A stretch of DNA of 64,000 bases from a virus. Its lineage: Duplodnaviria; Caudoviricetes. Below the pieces are notes generated by a model, which did not search any database, was not told the origin of the DNA, and saw only the letters and a list, made by a program, of their open reading frames with translations. The first letter of the stretch is position 1. Each line of letters opens with the position of its first letter. Where the stretch lies: IMG/VR virus record IMGVR_UViG_2773857766_000003, positions 1 to 64,000 of that record, one strand, 5' to 3'. The position numbers and the translations under genes are program-made. Positions 28,401-36,357 of the stretch are shown piece after piece.

Positions 28401-31400
28401 GGCCCCGGGCCGGGACGGGGCCGCGTTCTCGTTGGGCGATCCGCGGTACATCACGAGCGGGCGGCCACCCGGCTTGCCGCTCTCCGTCACCTTGCTGTCC
28501 CCGAACCACTTCTTGAACGCCTCGCTCTCGGGCGCGGCTGCGCGGCTGAACATGGGGCGCTGCCCGCTCAGGGCGTCGTCCGCATCCTCGCCCAGCTCGA
28601 AGTTCTCGGCGCTGGCCTCCATCCGGGCGGATACCTCGCGGCGCTCGCGCTCGGCGCGCGCGTCGGCATCAGCCTTCGCGTCGGCTTTCGCCCGGGCCTG
28701 GGCGGACTCCTGCTGCGCGTCCTCGCGCGCTGTGACTTCCCGTGGGGTGTAGCTGGAAAGTTCGAGGTCTGGCGCTACTGCGCCACGGCCGTCTTCTGCA
28801 GCTCCGCGATCGCCTTGCCCATCCGGCTGTCCGCGGGGATCTTGGGCATCTTGCCCTTCGCCGCGTCCGCCATCTTCATCAGGGCGCGGCCCTGCTCGAT
28901 CTGGTTCCGGTCGCCGTGCTTGCTGCCCTGGCTCATCAGCACCGCGGCCAGCAGGGTCGCGGCCAGGGGCTCCTCGCTCGCCTTGCGGGGCTGCGGGTGC
29001 GGATTGTCCGGAAGGTTGGGGGCTTGCTGCATTGGTGGTCTGGGTGGTTGGTTGGCCGCTCAACGCGGAAAGGATGGCGTCAGGGCCGACCTGCTCGCCG
29101 AACATATCACCGCCCGCGCGCGTCGCCAAGGCCGCGGCCATGTATTCGCGCAGGGAGTCGGCCAGCCGGTCCCGGCCCACGGCCCGCGTCAGGTACTGGC
29201 CGGAATAGAGCATGCGCAGCACGCCCACGGTCATGGGGTCGGGCACGTCGCCCGTCACCATGTCCACCTGGTTGATCGCGTCGTAGAGGGATGCGCGCTC
29301 GCGCCGCGCCTTCTGCACCAGCCGGATGGCCTGAAGCAGGTTGCCCGTCACGTCCACCTGTGGGTTCACGGCGCCAGCGGCAGCCGCCTGGCGCAGATTC
29401 GCCCACTCGCCCGCCACGTCCTTCAGTGCCTCGCCGATGGCGCGGATGTCGTTGTCCGTGCTGCCGAACATGGATTCGACCAGATCGCCATCGCTGTAGG
29501 CCCTGTGCACGAGGGCAGCCTGCAGCCGCACCACGCCTGCGGGCGAGAGCGCGCCGCCGGCATCGAGCATGCCGGCCACGTCCTGGCCCTCGGCCTGCAG
29601 CTTGCCGACGAACGCCCGTGCGAAATCGCGGTTCGCGGCGCCGGCCAGGTCGCCCGCCTCGAGCACGTCGAGCACGCCGGTATCCAGCAGCGCGGCGTCC
29701 GTGGCGGCCTGCTCGGCGGCCGACAGCCCCAGGGCCTGGCTCTGGCTCTTGGCGCCCATGTTGGCCTGGTTGTCGCGCTCCGAGTAGAGGCGCACCAGCA
29801 TGGGCGCGCGCATGCCGGCGATCACCTGCGGGTCGATGCCGTGCATGGCGCTGTCGGCCATCAGCTCCTGCCGGTAGCTGTCGGCCGTGCCGCGCTCGTA
29901 TGCCGCGCGCAGCCCCGCGGTGCGCCCGTTGTTCAGCGCCTTCACCGTTCCCGGGTGTGCAGCGTCGAAGAGCGGGTTCACCCCGCCGTCGGCGAAGTTG
30001 GACGGCTGCACGTCGCCGGCTTCCATGACCGCGTACTGGAACGGCACGCGCTGGCCGTCGCTCATCACCGCCGTGTCGCCCCGGCCGATCGCGTGCGCGG
30101 CGTGCACCTGGTCGCCCACGGCGAACACCATGGGCGCACCCGTCTCGGGGCTGCGCGACGGACCCAGGCGCATGTAGTCGGGGCTCTGGGCCATGCCCTG
30201 CATCTGCACCACGCTGGCGGGTCGGGCCCGGTCGCGGTTCTGGATCTCGGGGGTAGCCGCGCCCACGGCGCCAGTGCCCTCGGGGTTCGTGCCGGCGCGC
30301 TTCGTCTTCACGGCGGCCCACTCGTTCTGCAGGCGATCCCACGCGGGCGAGCCCCGGCGCAGCCGCGCCACGTTCTCGCCGCGTTCGGCCACGAACTGCG
30401 GCCAGGTCTTGGCGCGAACTGCGCCAGGATCGAAGGCGTCCACCGCCGGCGCGGCGGCAGTCGATCGGGCACTTTCGGCAGCAGGCGCATACCCCGACCG
30501 GTCCCGGCTGCGCGCACGCGGCGCCCCGCGTTCCTGGATGAGCGCTTCCATGCTGCTGTTGTCCGCGCCCCAGTCCTCGGCCCGCTCCACGGGCTTGGGC
30601 AGGGGCGAGCGCTCGCGAGCCCCGCGAAAGCCGAAGTAGGCGTCCGCCACGCGGCGCACGGCCTGGCGCTCGCCGTCATCCAGCCCCGGCTCGCCGATCT
30701 TCTCCAGCGCGCCATCGAGCCGGCCCACGATCTGCACCGTGTTGCCCACGTCCTCGTCCAGCAGGTTCTGCAGGGCGTCGCGGATGCGCCGGGTGCGCAG
30801 CTGGGCGTCCACGCGGTGGATCGCCTCGCCGTCGATCTGCGCGGGCGCCGCCGCGGGCTGTTGCGTCTCGGTCGCCACGTTCAGCTCGAGCCAGGCGTCT
30901 TCCAACTGATCGCGCAGCTGCTGCACGTCGCCGGCCTGGGTGTAGGCCGAGCCAGCGCGCACGCGGTCCTGCAGCTCGCCCAGCGGGTCGGCTACCGGGC
31001 GGCGGTAGGCGCGCTCGAATTCCTGGCGTTCCTGTGGGGTCAGCCGATCCGGGGCGGTCGGAGCCGCAGCAGCGCCCGGCGCAGCACCAGCAGCCTCGGC
31101 CGGCGCGGCCTGCGCAGTGGCCACCAGCTCGGCGGCCTCGCGCTCCACGAAACGTTGCACATGGGCCGGCATACCGCCGCCCTCCAGTCGGGCCAGCAGC
31201 TCCACCGCGTTGCGCCGCGTGTCGCCGCTCGATCGCTGGGCTACAGCCCGCAGCTCCTGCTGCAGCTGGCTGCCATCCTGGGAAGCTCCCGCTGCGCTGG
31301 CATCTCCGGGCTGGGCTGCTTCCGCCGCGGGCGCAGCTTCGGGCCGCGGTGCCGCAGCACCGGCCGCTTCCTCGGGCGTCTCGCCGATGGCCTCCAGCTC

Positions 31401-32606
31401 CTCCTCTCGCGCGGCGGCACGCTCCACGCGCTCGGCCAGCACCGCCCGTTCGACCTTCTGCTCTTCGCTCAGGCCCACGCTGCCGTCGATGACCTCCAGC
31501 TCCGCCAGCCGCGTGACAGCCGCGGCCGTGTCGGCAGCGTCAGCCGCCGGGCCCGAGCGGCGCGCCGGCTGGTCCGGCAGCGAGTCGGGGAGCATGTCTT
31601 CCGCAGGCGTGCCCGCCTCTGCTGGTGGCGTGCCCTCTTCCGTCTTCGCAGCGGCGGCATCACCGCGGCGCAGCGCGGTCATAGCGCCCGACACGCCCGC
31701 GCCCGGCGCCGAACCGATGGCCGTTTCCACGGCTGTGCGGCCTACGTTCCGGGATAGCGGCCGCTGGTCGATGTCGCTGGCCTGGTAGTTCGTCGCGACC
31801 TGGGGCAGCACCTCCTCCGCCTGCTCGCCCAGCAACTCCGCCGCCACCGAGCGCGCCCCGGCCGCCAGCCCGCCACGGGCGCCGCCGCCGCCCACCACGG
31901 CGTGCTCAAGCCCGATCTTCCCGGACAGGAAGCCGGTGGCCGCGCCAACGGCGGCCGGAATGCGCGAGCGCTCAAGCGCCATGCGCTCCGCCTCCTCGCG
32001 GCTATGGCCCTTCTTCACGAGCGCGTCGCGGATGTCCTCGAAGGCCTCGCCCCGGGCTCCACCAGCATTGAGCACGGCATTGGTCACGCCCGCCGCCGTG
32101 GTGGCCGTGCCCGCCGCGACGGCCGCGCTGGCGCCGCCCGCGAGACGCGCGACCTGCGCCGCCTTGGCCGCGGCCACGCCCGGGAGCATGCTGGGCAGGT
32201 TGGTGGTGACGAACCGCGCCGCCAGCGCCGGATCGCTGCTGTAGGCCTTCGCGGCGGCCACGGCCTGGTCCACGATGGAATCCTGGTTCGCCTGCGCGAT
32301 CTGGGCGTCCGCGTCGGCGACCTTGCGGCGCAGGGCCTCGCTCTGCTCCCCGCGCCAGTGGTCGGCATTGTCCCGGAAGAAGGACGCAACCCCGGACTGC
32401 GGCGCGAACAGGTTGGGCACAGCCCCGGCGATGTTGTTCACGCCCTCGGCCAGCTGCACCACGGTATCGGTCGCTGCCTCGCCCCAGGTGCGCTCTGCGG
32501 GCTTCTTGGGCTGGGGCCTGAAGCCGGCCATCTCGAAAAGGTCGGAGCCGCCGCCGGCCGCAGCATCGCCATCACCTCGCGCCATCGCGAGCAAATCCTG
32601 GGACAT
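22401..32606 (-). CDS. Giant (~3400 aa) polyvalent internal virion/ejection protein
   Basis: ParB-like (IQNRDR..NGRTAG), ART-like (FKKWFGDSKV..PLVMYRG), LPD23-like (TGWHRGVDGRWRFEISD, HELQH), second zincin (HEALGH), LPD38-like C-terminus (TVNFNRKG, YAFLNAAIQG). Start MSQDLL follows GAGG. Confidence 0.85.
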   Translation of the reverse strand: MSQDLLAMARGDGDAAAGGGSDLFEMAGFRPQPKKPAERTWGEAATDTVVQLAEGVNNIAGAVPNLFAPQSGVASFFRDNADHWRGEQSEALRRKVADADAQIAQANQDSIVDQAVAAAKAYSSDPALAARFVTTNLPSMLPGVAAAKAAQVARLAGGASAAVAAGTATTAAGVTNAVLNAGGARGEAFEDIRDALVKKGHSREEAERMALERSRIPAAVGAATGFLSGKIGLEHAVVGGGGARGGLAAGARSVAAELLGEQAEEVLPQVATNYQASDIDQRPLSRNVGRTAVETAIGSAPGAGVSGAMTALRRGDAAAAKTEEGTPPAEAGTPAEDMLPDSLPDQPARRSGPAADAADTAAAVTRLAELEVIDGSVGLSEEQKVERAVLAERVERAAAREEELEAIGETPEEAAGAAAPRPEAAPAAEAAQPGDASAAGASQDGSQLQQELRAVAQRSSGDTRRNAVELLARLEGGGMPAHVQRFVEREAAELVATAQAAPAEAAGAAPGAAAAPTAPDRLTPQERQEFERAYRRPVADPLGELQDRVRAGSAYTQAGDVQQLRDQLEDAWLELNVATETQQPAAAPAQIDGEAIHRVDAQLRTRRIRDALQNLLDEDVGNTVQIVGRLDGALEKIGEPGLDDGERQAVRRVADAYFGFRGARERSPLPKPVERAEDWGADNSSMEALIQERGAPRARSRDRSGYAPAAESARSTAAAPAVDAFDPGAVRAKTWPQFVAERGENVARLRRGSPAWDRLQNEWAAVKTKRAGTNPEGTGAVGAATPEIQNRDRARPASVVQMQGMAQSPDYMRLGPSRSPETGAPMVFAVGDQVHAAHAIGRGDTAVMSDGQRVPFQYAVMEAGDVQPSNFADGGVNPLFDAAHPGTVKALNNGRTAGLRAAYERGTADSYRQELMADSAMHGIDPQVIAGMRAPMLVRLYSERDNQANMGAKSQSQALGLSAAEQAATDAALLDTGVLDVLEAGDLAGAANRDFARAFVGKLQAEGQDVAGMLDAGGALSPAGVVRLQAALVHRAYSDGDLVESMFGSTDNDIRAIGEALKDVAGEWANLRQAAAAGAVNPQVDVTGNLLQAIRLVQKARRERASLYDAINQVDMVTGDVPDPMTVGVLRMLYSGQYLTRAVGRDRLADSLREYMAAALATRAGGDMFGEQVGPDAILSALSGQPTTQTTNAASPQPSGQSAPAAPQGERGAPGRDPAGRGADEPGQQARRPEPDRAGPRPDEDGGRGEGQDAQDPRGQPDGQGDRGAAEDGRGAVAPDLELSSYTPREVTAREDAQQESAQARAKADAKADADARAERERREVSARMEASAENFELGEDADDALSGQRPMFSRAAAPESEAFKKWFGDSKVTESGKPGGRPLVMYRGSPNENAAPSRPGALIFLSPDPAFAEHYAAGGATYPLYVKAERPFDASRGEGLALWRKYAEETGAASWATSGTERGALPVWQQEPELRKWLDRAGVQYDGIWFAESNGGASLAVLAQAQVKSATGNIGTFDPSNPDIRFSFAGRNARSADLGELERAEAMARSGMSSAVIQQETGWHRGVDGRWRFEISDDTAEFRRAETRPEDLVEVERQVREAATVTQDDELHTAQLDEGDGVLRAYSTTREGALANLVDRVARARFGVEFDIAKVKDGQVEALTDVLRHPALFAAYPFLRGLKVYFRRGRDAREFGSYDETHRAVTLNADRAPGEVLSTLLHELQHAIQYREGFALGGNMDADFTSSVRKTLREMAEGEARAVEAWKAKHPDLMENAEKAAAVVRDALMYESMERLLSYSERDKPSGVFRLIRNEMQWIYNTTHWLDPVAVELQRRFYGMPKSGAKRNAYIRDMAFDAQKWLRSTIAPENLAAFKADERTMKGMIGALRRHADKARAALEPLREQEGRARVAEALERKFEFGSPYDIYRSLAGEVEARTTQARQGLTEAERRARPVQADMDVSPAEAIVVVGGHEMRLPDVQQDRGAPGPADDFDVDAFLRTMQEAPAVPDEAKAQAVARTESAAAAIRSAWANGPEVVVAFDMADPKVPQQVRDADLSQRSRGAGGSPEGFYFGGKVYLLAEQLPRDQDVARVLMHEALGHHGLAGVFGSGLDAVLQQLVQARPAEVRRKAAEYGLDYGDRAQRMQAAEEVLAEMAQARPELGFVQRAVAAVRSWARAHIPGFADLRMTDAEIVRDFILPARGWVERGRQADAAPAAAGGAPALAFSLPADALAQARAKWAGLVDQFVRGGLDETKTYEVLPSSTAVMKMLGLPDLPAHAGVHAMDALYNHGVKPSQMKQILDELANPRMVMVWNKGSRGDASLNFVTSMSNPQGQPFVIAIKPNRGSVKGRFHWVATVTEKQPRAILDMVREGGAMYAGEGAIAGISEAEMREALRFAKEKRGKEARGLMQAIGTSYSLPNLVQRVLYAKDLEAFKGEQAGPAMFSRAPAGAAQAAQPAQGLLARLQDRVRQLTSPEAVDSWLYNWQDKFIDLKRIQDQIKALNGTVSETNDAYRGEELYHKRVAKRTANFLRDEVRPLLAAMNDAKVGMEEFERFLHARHAPEANRVLAERNPSKQELDQKRADAAKTVADLRRQLQHARASGSVISGIQRSLGLAMAEADRWNSAEAFKGTEEDRLSLSGMSDAEAKNVMGGYSPEQRKVMDALATRVDRMNNITLQTLEQYGLMDRLSIEAWRKTYQHYVPLHRDEARPDSKAHPIGQGFSTKGDASKRRTGSNEKVTNILSHLVMQREAALTRGEKNNVMKRLYVLAAQNPDESLWSLELPKKKAIDPDTGLVRTMPDIGARLRDNVLTLRIGGKDKHIIFNERNERAARLALAMKNLDATELDRFTRTMGHLTRWFAAVNTQYNPIFGVLNLARDVQGSLLQLSSTPLAGRQREVFKNIRSNMLDIYRDLRRERRESGAGQGPWARLWEQLQLDGGTTGYRDLYTKPEDRAAALRKALERQGEGGAKAMVRGVGEWLSDFNETLEASTRLATYKAALDAGQSREAAASLAKNITVNFNRKGRNTSVVGSYYAFLNAAIQGNVRMLETLAGPAGRKVMAGGVALGMLSGLAGALIMGGGGADDEWKKIPDFVKERSIIIPLSRQDYVAIPMPLGFHVFPNIGRKLVEFGMHDDPTKSRAGHLADMAMIALNAYNPLGGADNIMQMLAPTPFDPVVALMENKDWTGRQIYKEQRSGLDPKPGHAMGKDSVTPPARWVARLINDATGGNEWQPGKWSPNPDALEYLFGQFTGGVGRELTKAGNMVTAAVTGEELAPHQITLAGRFYGNTRGVNGQSTSYYENLKRVNTSMAEARGRVARGEEAEAVLLDVPLARVDGAASALDKRVSDLVKMRRQIQAGSDPNKRELVKEVNAEIERSMYLLNKAVEDVLAEQRGR

Positions 32607-32712
32607 AGACACACCTCTGAAGTGAACCCTGGAAGGCTGGCAGGCTTGGCACGCAGCCCGTCGATAGGGGTCTGATACAGTTCCCGCGCACGAAAACTCA
32701 GGGGGAAGCAAG

Positions 32713-33420
32713 ATGCGCTACGCGATTTCGGCAATGGTTCTGGCGGTGCTGTCAGGCTGCGCAAGCACTGCGAAATGGCAGCACCCGGCGCGAGCGGGCG
32801 AAGGCCACGACGGCGCGACGATGGCGCTGGCCGAGTGCGAAAGCTACGCTGCTGGACGAACGCCGATGCCCAAATTGCAGGCGTACATGCCCGCACCGGC
32901 GCCGACCGGATACAACACCACGGGCACCGTTTCGAGCTATGGAAACGTCAGCACGTTCCAGGGAAACACCACGCCGTCCGGCGGTTTGGCTTCTGGATAT
33001 GCGACGGGTGCGAATATGGGTGCGAATATCGCCAACGCCTACGCCGTGTCAGCCGCCCGCCAGCGCGAAGCAGAGCTAACCGGAGCGTGCATGCGAACTC
33101 AGGGCTGGATCGACACCAGCACTCCGGAGGGTCAGGAAAAATTCAGGGCGGCATCGGCCCAGCGCCAAGCCCCCAAAGGTCAGGCCACAGAGCAATCCGC
33201 CACGCGCGAATGGGCCACTGCGGTTTCCACATTCTTGGACACGGAAGCAGCTCGCCCCGGCGGGATCGATTACCGAGCGGATGCTGTCAAGCAGGCGGCC
33301 CTCGACCGCTACGTGAAGGAGCTCGCCAACGATCCCAAGAACGACCATCAGAAAATGTCGTGGTTCCTCATCGAAGCCCACAAGCGGGTACTGGCCGACA
33401 TCTCCAGCTCCGCCAAATAA
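32713..33420 (+). CDS. Lipoprotein moron with a C-terminal scaffold-like domain; superinfection-exclusion candidate
   Basis: Lipobox LSGC; antisense to the late operon; extended -10 TGATACAGT at 32673-32681; last ~65 aa align with the scaffold. Confidence 0.8.
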   Translation: MRYAISAMVLAVLSGCASTAKWQHPARAGEGHDGATMALAECESYAAGRTPMPKLQAYMPAPAPTGYNTTGTVSSYGNVSTFQGNTTPSGGLASGYATGANMGANIANAYAVSAARQREAELTGACMRTQGWIDTSTPEGQEKFRAASAQRQAPKGQATEQSATREWATAVSTFLDTEAARPGGIDYRADAVKQAALDRYVKELANDPKNDHQKMSWFLIEAHKRVLADISSSAK

Positions 33421-33443
33421 CCGCCAGCTTGGATCGGCAGGGA

Positions 33444-35003
33444 TTATTTTGAAATGCCCTGCTTCTGCAGTTCCTTGATTACCTCGTCCACCGTCATGCC
33501 ATATTTTTTGGCCGTGGCGTCGAGGTTTTCCTGAGACATGGCATTTCGCACCTGGGCCTTGACAGCGTCGCCGGCTTGGCGCGAGGCGCGGTCTTTCTGG
33601 ACCTTCGCGCGATTGAAACGCACCAGGCCCTCGTCTGTGTCCCGGATGGAGGGGTTGTCCGCCATGAATTCCTGGAACTCCTGTTCCGCGGCCGGGTTCC
33701 GCTTGACCTTCTCCTTCCCAGAAAGCGGGTCGGTGGACGTTTCTCCGAACGCCTTCTGCACTTTGGTGGGGTCGTAGTCGTACTTCAGCTTGGAAGTGTC
33801 CGAGCCAGGGGTTTGCAGGATGCCCGCACGCACCGCGCGCAGTTGGGTCGGCGTCATCTTCGGATCGGTCTCCCGTGCCAGCGCCTCGCGCACGTCGCGA
33901 AGTTCGCGCTTCTCAGCCAGGCGCTCACCCCGGTCAGCCATGGCCAAGCCGTGCGCCGCCGCCGCCCGGCCGTCGGCGTTGTCGGCTCGGCGATCAGCAT
34001 TGTCCGCGCGGGCCTCAGCGCGCAGCCGCAGTTGGTTCAGCAGCTCGTGCTGGCTGTATTGGTAGAGCGCCATCGGATCGTCCAGCGCCTTCAGCATGGC
34101 CAGCGCCTCGCCGCGGTCTTTGAGCGTGATAGGCGGCATCGGCTTCCCGTCCAGCCCCGTGCGCTGCACCAACAGCTGCCCGTCCTTCCCCGCCTCGATG
34201 CCCGTCACCTTATCGCCGCTGGGCACGAACCGGTTGTAGACGTCGGCCAGCTGGGTGTAGTCGCCCGCAGCCAGCGCCGCGGCGGCCTTCCCTGCAGCCT
34301 CCTTGCGGGCCGCCGCCTGCAGCTGGATCTGGATGTGACTCTGCGCCATGTGGTCCTTGGCCGCTTGATCCGCTTCCTTGGCATAGCCCGCCTGAGCAAG
34401 CGCCAGTGCGCGTTCCCGCGTGTTCGCCAGGTAGTCGTCCGCCGTGGCTTGCCGCGGTTGACCATCCGGGCCCACGAGAGCCTGCTTCAGCTTCGCCCCC
34501 ATCTCCGCGTCGATCCGCTCCACGCCGTCCTCGCGCGCCCACTGTTTCTCCTCTCGCCCCTGCTTGCGCGCGGCGAACAGCCCCTGCTGCGCCTGCAGGC
34601 TCATTTGCAGGCCGCGGGCAGGATCGGTCCGACCGATGGCGTCCGCCATTGCCCGCATACGCAGGTTGTCCTGCTGATCGCGGCCCATGCTGCCGGCAGT
34701 ACGCTCGCCCAAGAAGTCGGTGACGCCCTGCATGGCCACCGTCCGGGCCTCGCCGGCCGAGTTCTTCGCCACATAGGCCTTCGCGCCGTCATCGAATGTG
34801 ATGTTGTCGAAACCCTGCTTCGCCAGACTTTCCAGCTGCTGGCCCTGGTCTGCCGTGAAGCCTGTAGATTCCACGGGCCGCGCGCTCGCCACTTCATCAA
34901 GCGCACGCTGCTGCTGTGCCTGCTGGAACTGCCCGTGGAAGTTCTGAAAAATCTGCTGGCCCTGCAGGATACCTGCCGCCAGTCCGCCGCGTGGTGCTGC
35001 CAT
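33444..35003 (-). CDS. Probable ejection (internal core) protein
   Basis: Ala/Gln-rich and helical; lies between the small and giant ejection genes. Confidence 0.7.
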   Translation of the reverse strand: MAAPRGGLAAGILQGQQIFQNFHGQFQQAQQQRALDEVASARPVESTGFTADQGQQLESLAKQGFDNITFDDGAKAYVAKNSAGEARTVAMQGVTDFLGERTAGSMGRDQQDNLRMRAMADAIGRTDPARGLQMSLQAQQGLFAARKQGREEKQWAREDGVERIDAEMGAKLKQALVGPDGQPRQATADDYLANTRERALALAQAGYAKEADQAAKDHMAQSHIQIQLQAAARKEAAGKAAAALAAGDYTQLADVYNRFVPSGDKVTGIEAGKDGQLLVQRTGLDGKPMPPITLKDRGEALAMLKALDDPMALYQYSQHELLNQLRLRAEARADNADRRADNADGRAAAAHGLAMADRGERLAEKRELRDVREALARETDPKMTPTQLRAVRAGILQTPGSDTSKLKYDYDPTKVQKAFGETSTDPLSGKEKVKRNPAAEQEFQEFMADNPSIRDTDEGLVRFNRAKVQKDRASRQAGDAVKAQVRNAMSQENLDATAKKYGMTVDEVIKELQKQGISK

Positions 35004-36355
35004 TACTCCGCCTCCGAAAGTTCGTCGTCCAACTCCTGCATCCGCCGCGCCAGTTCAGCGCGGATCGTTTGCAGGCCAATCCTGTATTCCGGCAGCACCT
35101 CGGGGTGCCGCTGCTTGAGATATGCGGCCTTGCCGTCGTCCCACCACGCCGTGCAGTGCAGGCACTCTGGGGCGCTGATCGCCCGGAAGGTGTCGTACAC
35201 CGGACTGCGCGGCGCGCCCACCTGATCGAGGTAGGCGAACACGTCGCCGTGGCTCCAGTCCAGCAGCGGCAGCAGCACGTCGTAGTGCTCGGTGGCGCCC
35301 ACGGCGGGCACGCGGCCGGTGTCGGCCCGCTTCGTGCCGCGGATCACCAGGTCGATGCCGTCGGCCAGCATGCGCTCGTGCATCGGAAGCATGAGGTTGT
35401 GCCAGCAGCAGTCCATCCGCCCGACCAGAGCGACATCGCTCATGCTGTACTGGCGGCCGATCCAGCCGGATTGCGCGGTTGTCACGTCGCTGGGCATGCC
35501 GTGGGTGGCCTTCCACGCCAGGACATCCGCATGGATGACCCGGAAGTCCGGCACCCACGCTCGAGCCTCCTCTACCACTTCAACCGTCTCGGGGATCGTG
35601 TCGCCCGTGTGCGTCCAGTACACCGGCAGCCCCAGCTCCACGAAGGGGCGCAGCAGGAGCAGGCAGGCCTGCGAGTCCTTCCCGCCCGAGAACTGCAGGG
35701 CAGCACGGCGGCCGCGGAAAGCGTGGCCACGATCGCCGAGCCGGAACACCGCCACGCTGTGGTCGAAGCGGCCGAACACCGGAAGCGCGCCGGCCACCGT
35801 GGGGCCGGGCGCTCGGTGCTCATCCTGAAGCGCCACCACCAGATCGAACCCCACCAGCTGCGCCCACAAGCTGACCTCGGGGAAGGAGGCCAGGCGGTAG
35901 CCCAGCACCTCGCGGGCCAGGGTCTGCTCCTCGTGGCGCGCGGCGTACAGCTCATGGAGCACCAACTGCCCGCCGGGGGCCAGCAGCCGGGCCGCCTCTT
36001 CCAGCACGGCCACCGGATTGCAGTAGCCCAAAGCGTAGGCCACCACCACCGCGTCCGCTCGCCCGGCCGGCAGCCCCGTCGCCACCATGTCGGTAGCAAC
36101 GACCTCCGCCCAGTCGGGCGCCTGCGCCAGCTGCCAGTGATCGACGTTCACCAGCGTCCAGTGCAGGTCCGGCCGCACGGGCCGGCACAGCTCGGCCAGC
36201 CGGCCCGTGCCGCAGCCCAGGTCAACCACAAGAGCGCCGCGCGGGAGGGCCAGCAGGCGCAGTAACTCGGCTGCATGCTCCGGCTCGCTCTCGGCGAGGC
36301 GCCAGTAGGCCAGCAGCTCGACGCCCTCGGCGTTCAGGATTTGTTCGGGCCGCAT
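35003..36355 (-). CDS. Class I SAM methyltransferase-PAPS reductase family fusion
   Basis: VVDLGCGTG in the N half; FSGGKDS, DCC, IRGTKRAD, PLLDW, CLHC in the C half. Confidence 0.85.
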   Translation of the reverse strand: MRPEQILNAEGVELLAYWRLAESEPEHAAELLRLLALPRGALVVDLGCGTGRLAELCRPVRPDLHWTLVNVDHWQLAQAPDWAEVVATDMVATGLPAGRADAVVVAYALGYCNPVAVLEEAARLLAPGGQLVLHELYAARHEEQTLAREVLGYRLASFPEVSLWAQLVGFDLVVALQDEHRAPGPTVAGALPVFGRFDHSVAVFRLGDRGHAFRGRRAALQFSGGKDSQACLLLLRPFVELGLPVYWTHTGDTIPETVEVVEEARAWVPDFRVIHADVLAWKATHGMPSDVTTAQSGWIGRQYSMSDVALVGRMDCCWHNLMLPMHERMLADGIDLVIRGTKRADTGRVPAVGATEHYDVLLPLLDWSHGDVFAYLDQVGAPRSPVYDTFRAISAPECLHCTAWWDDGKAAYLKQRHPEVLPEYRIGLQTIRAELARRMQELDDELSEAE

Positions 36356-36357
36356 CG

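Noticed and set aside
22209-31757. Long + strand ORFs (1044 aa and 1814 aa)
   Set aside because: Antisense shadows of the high-GC giant gene; no recognisable motifs.
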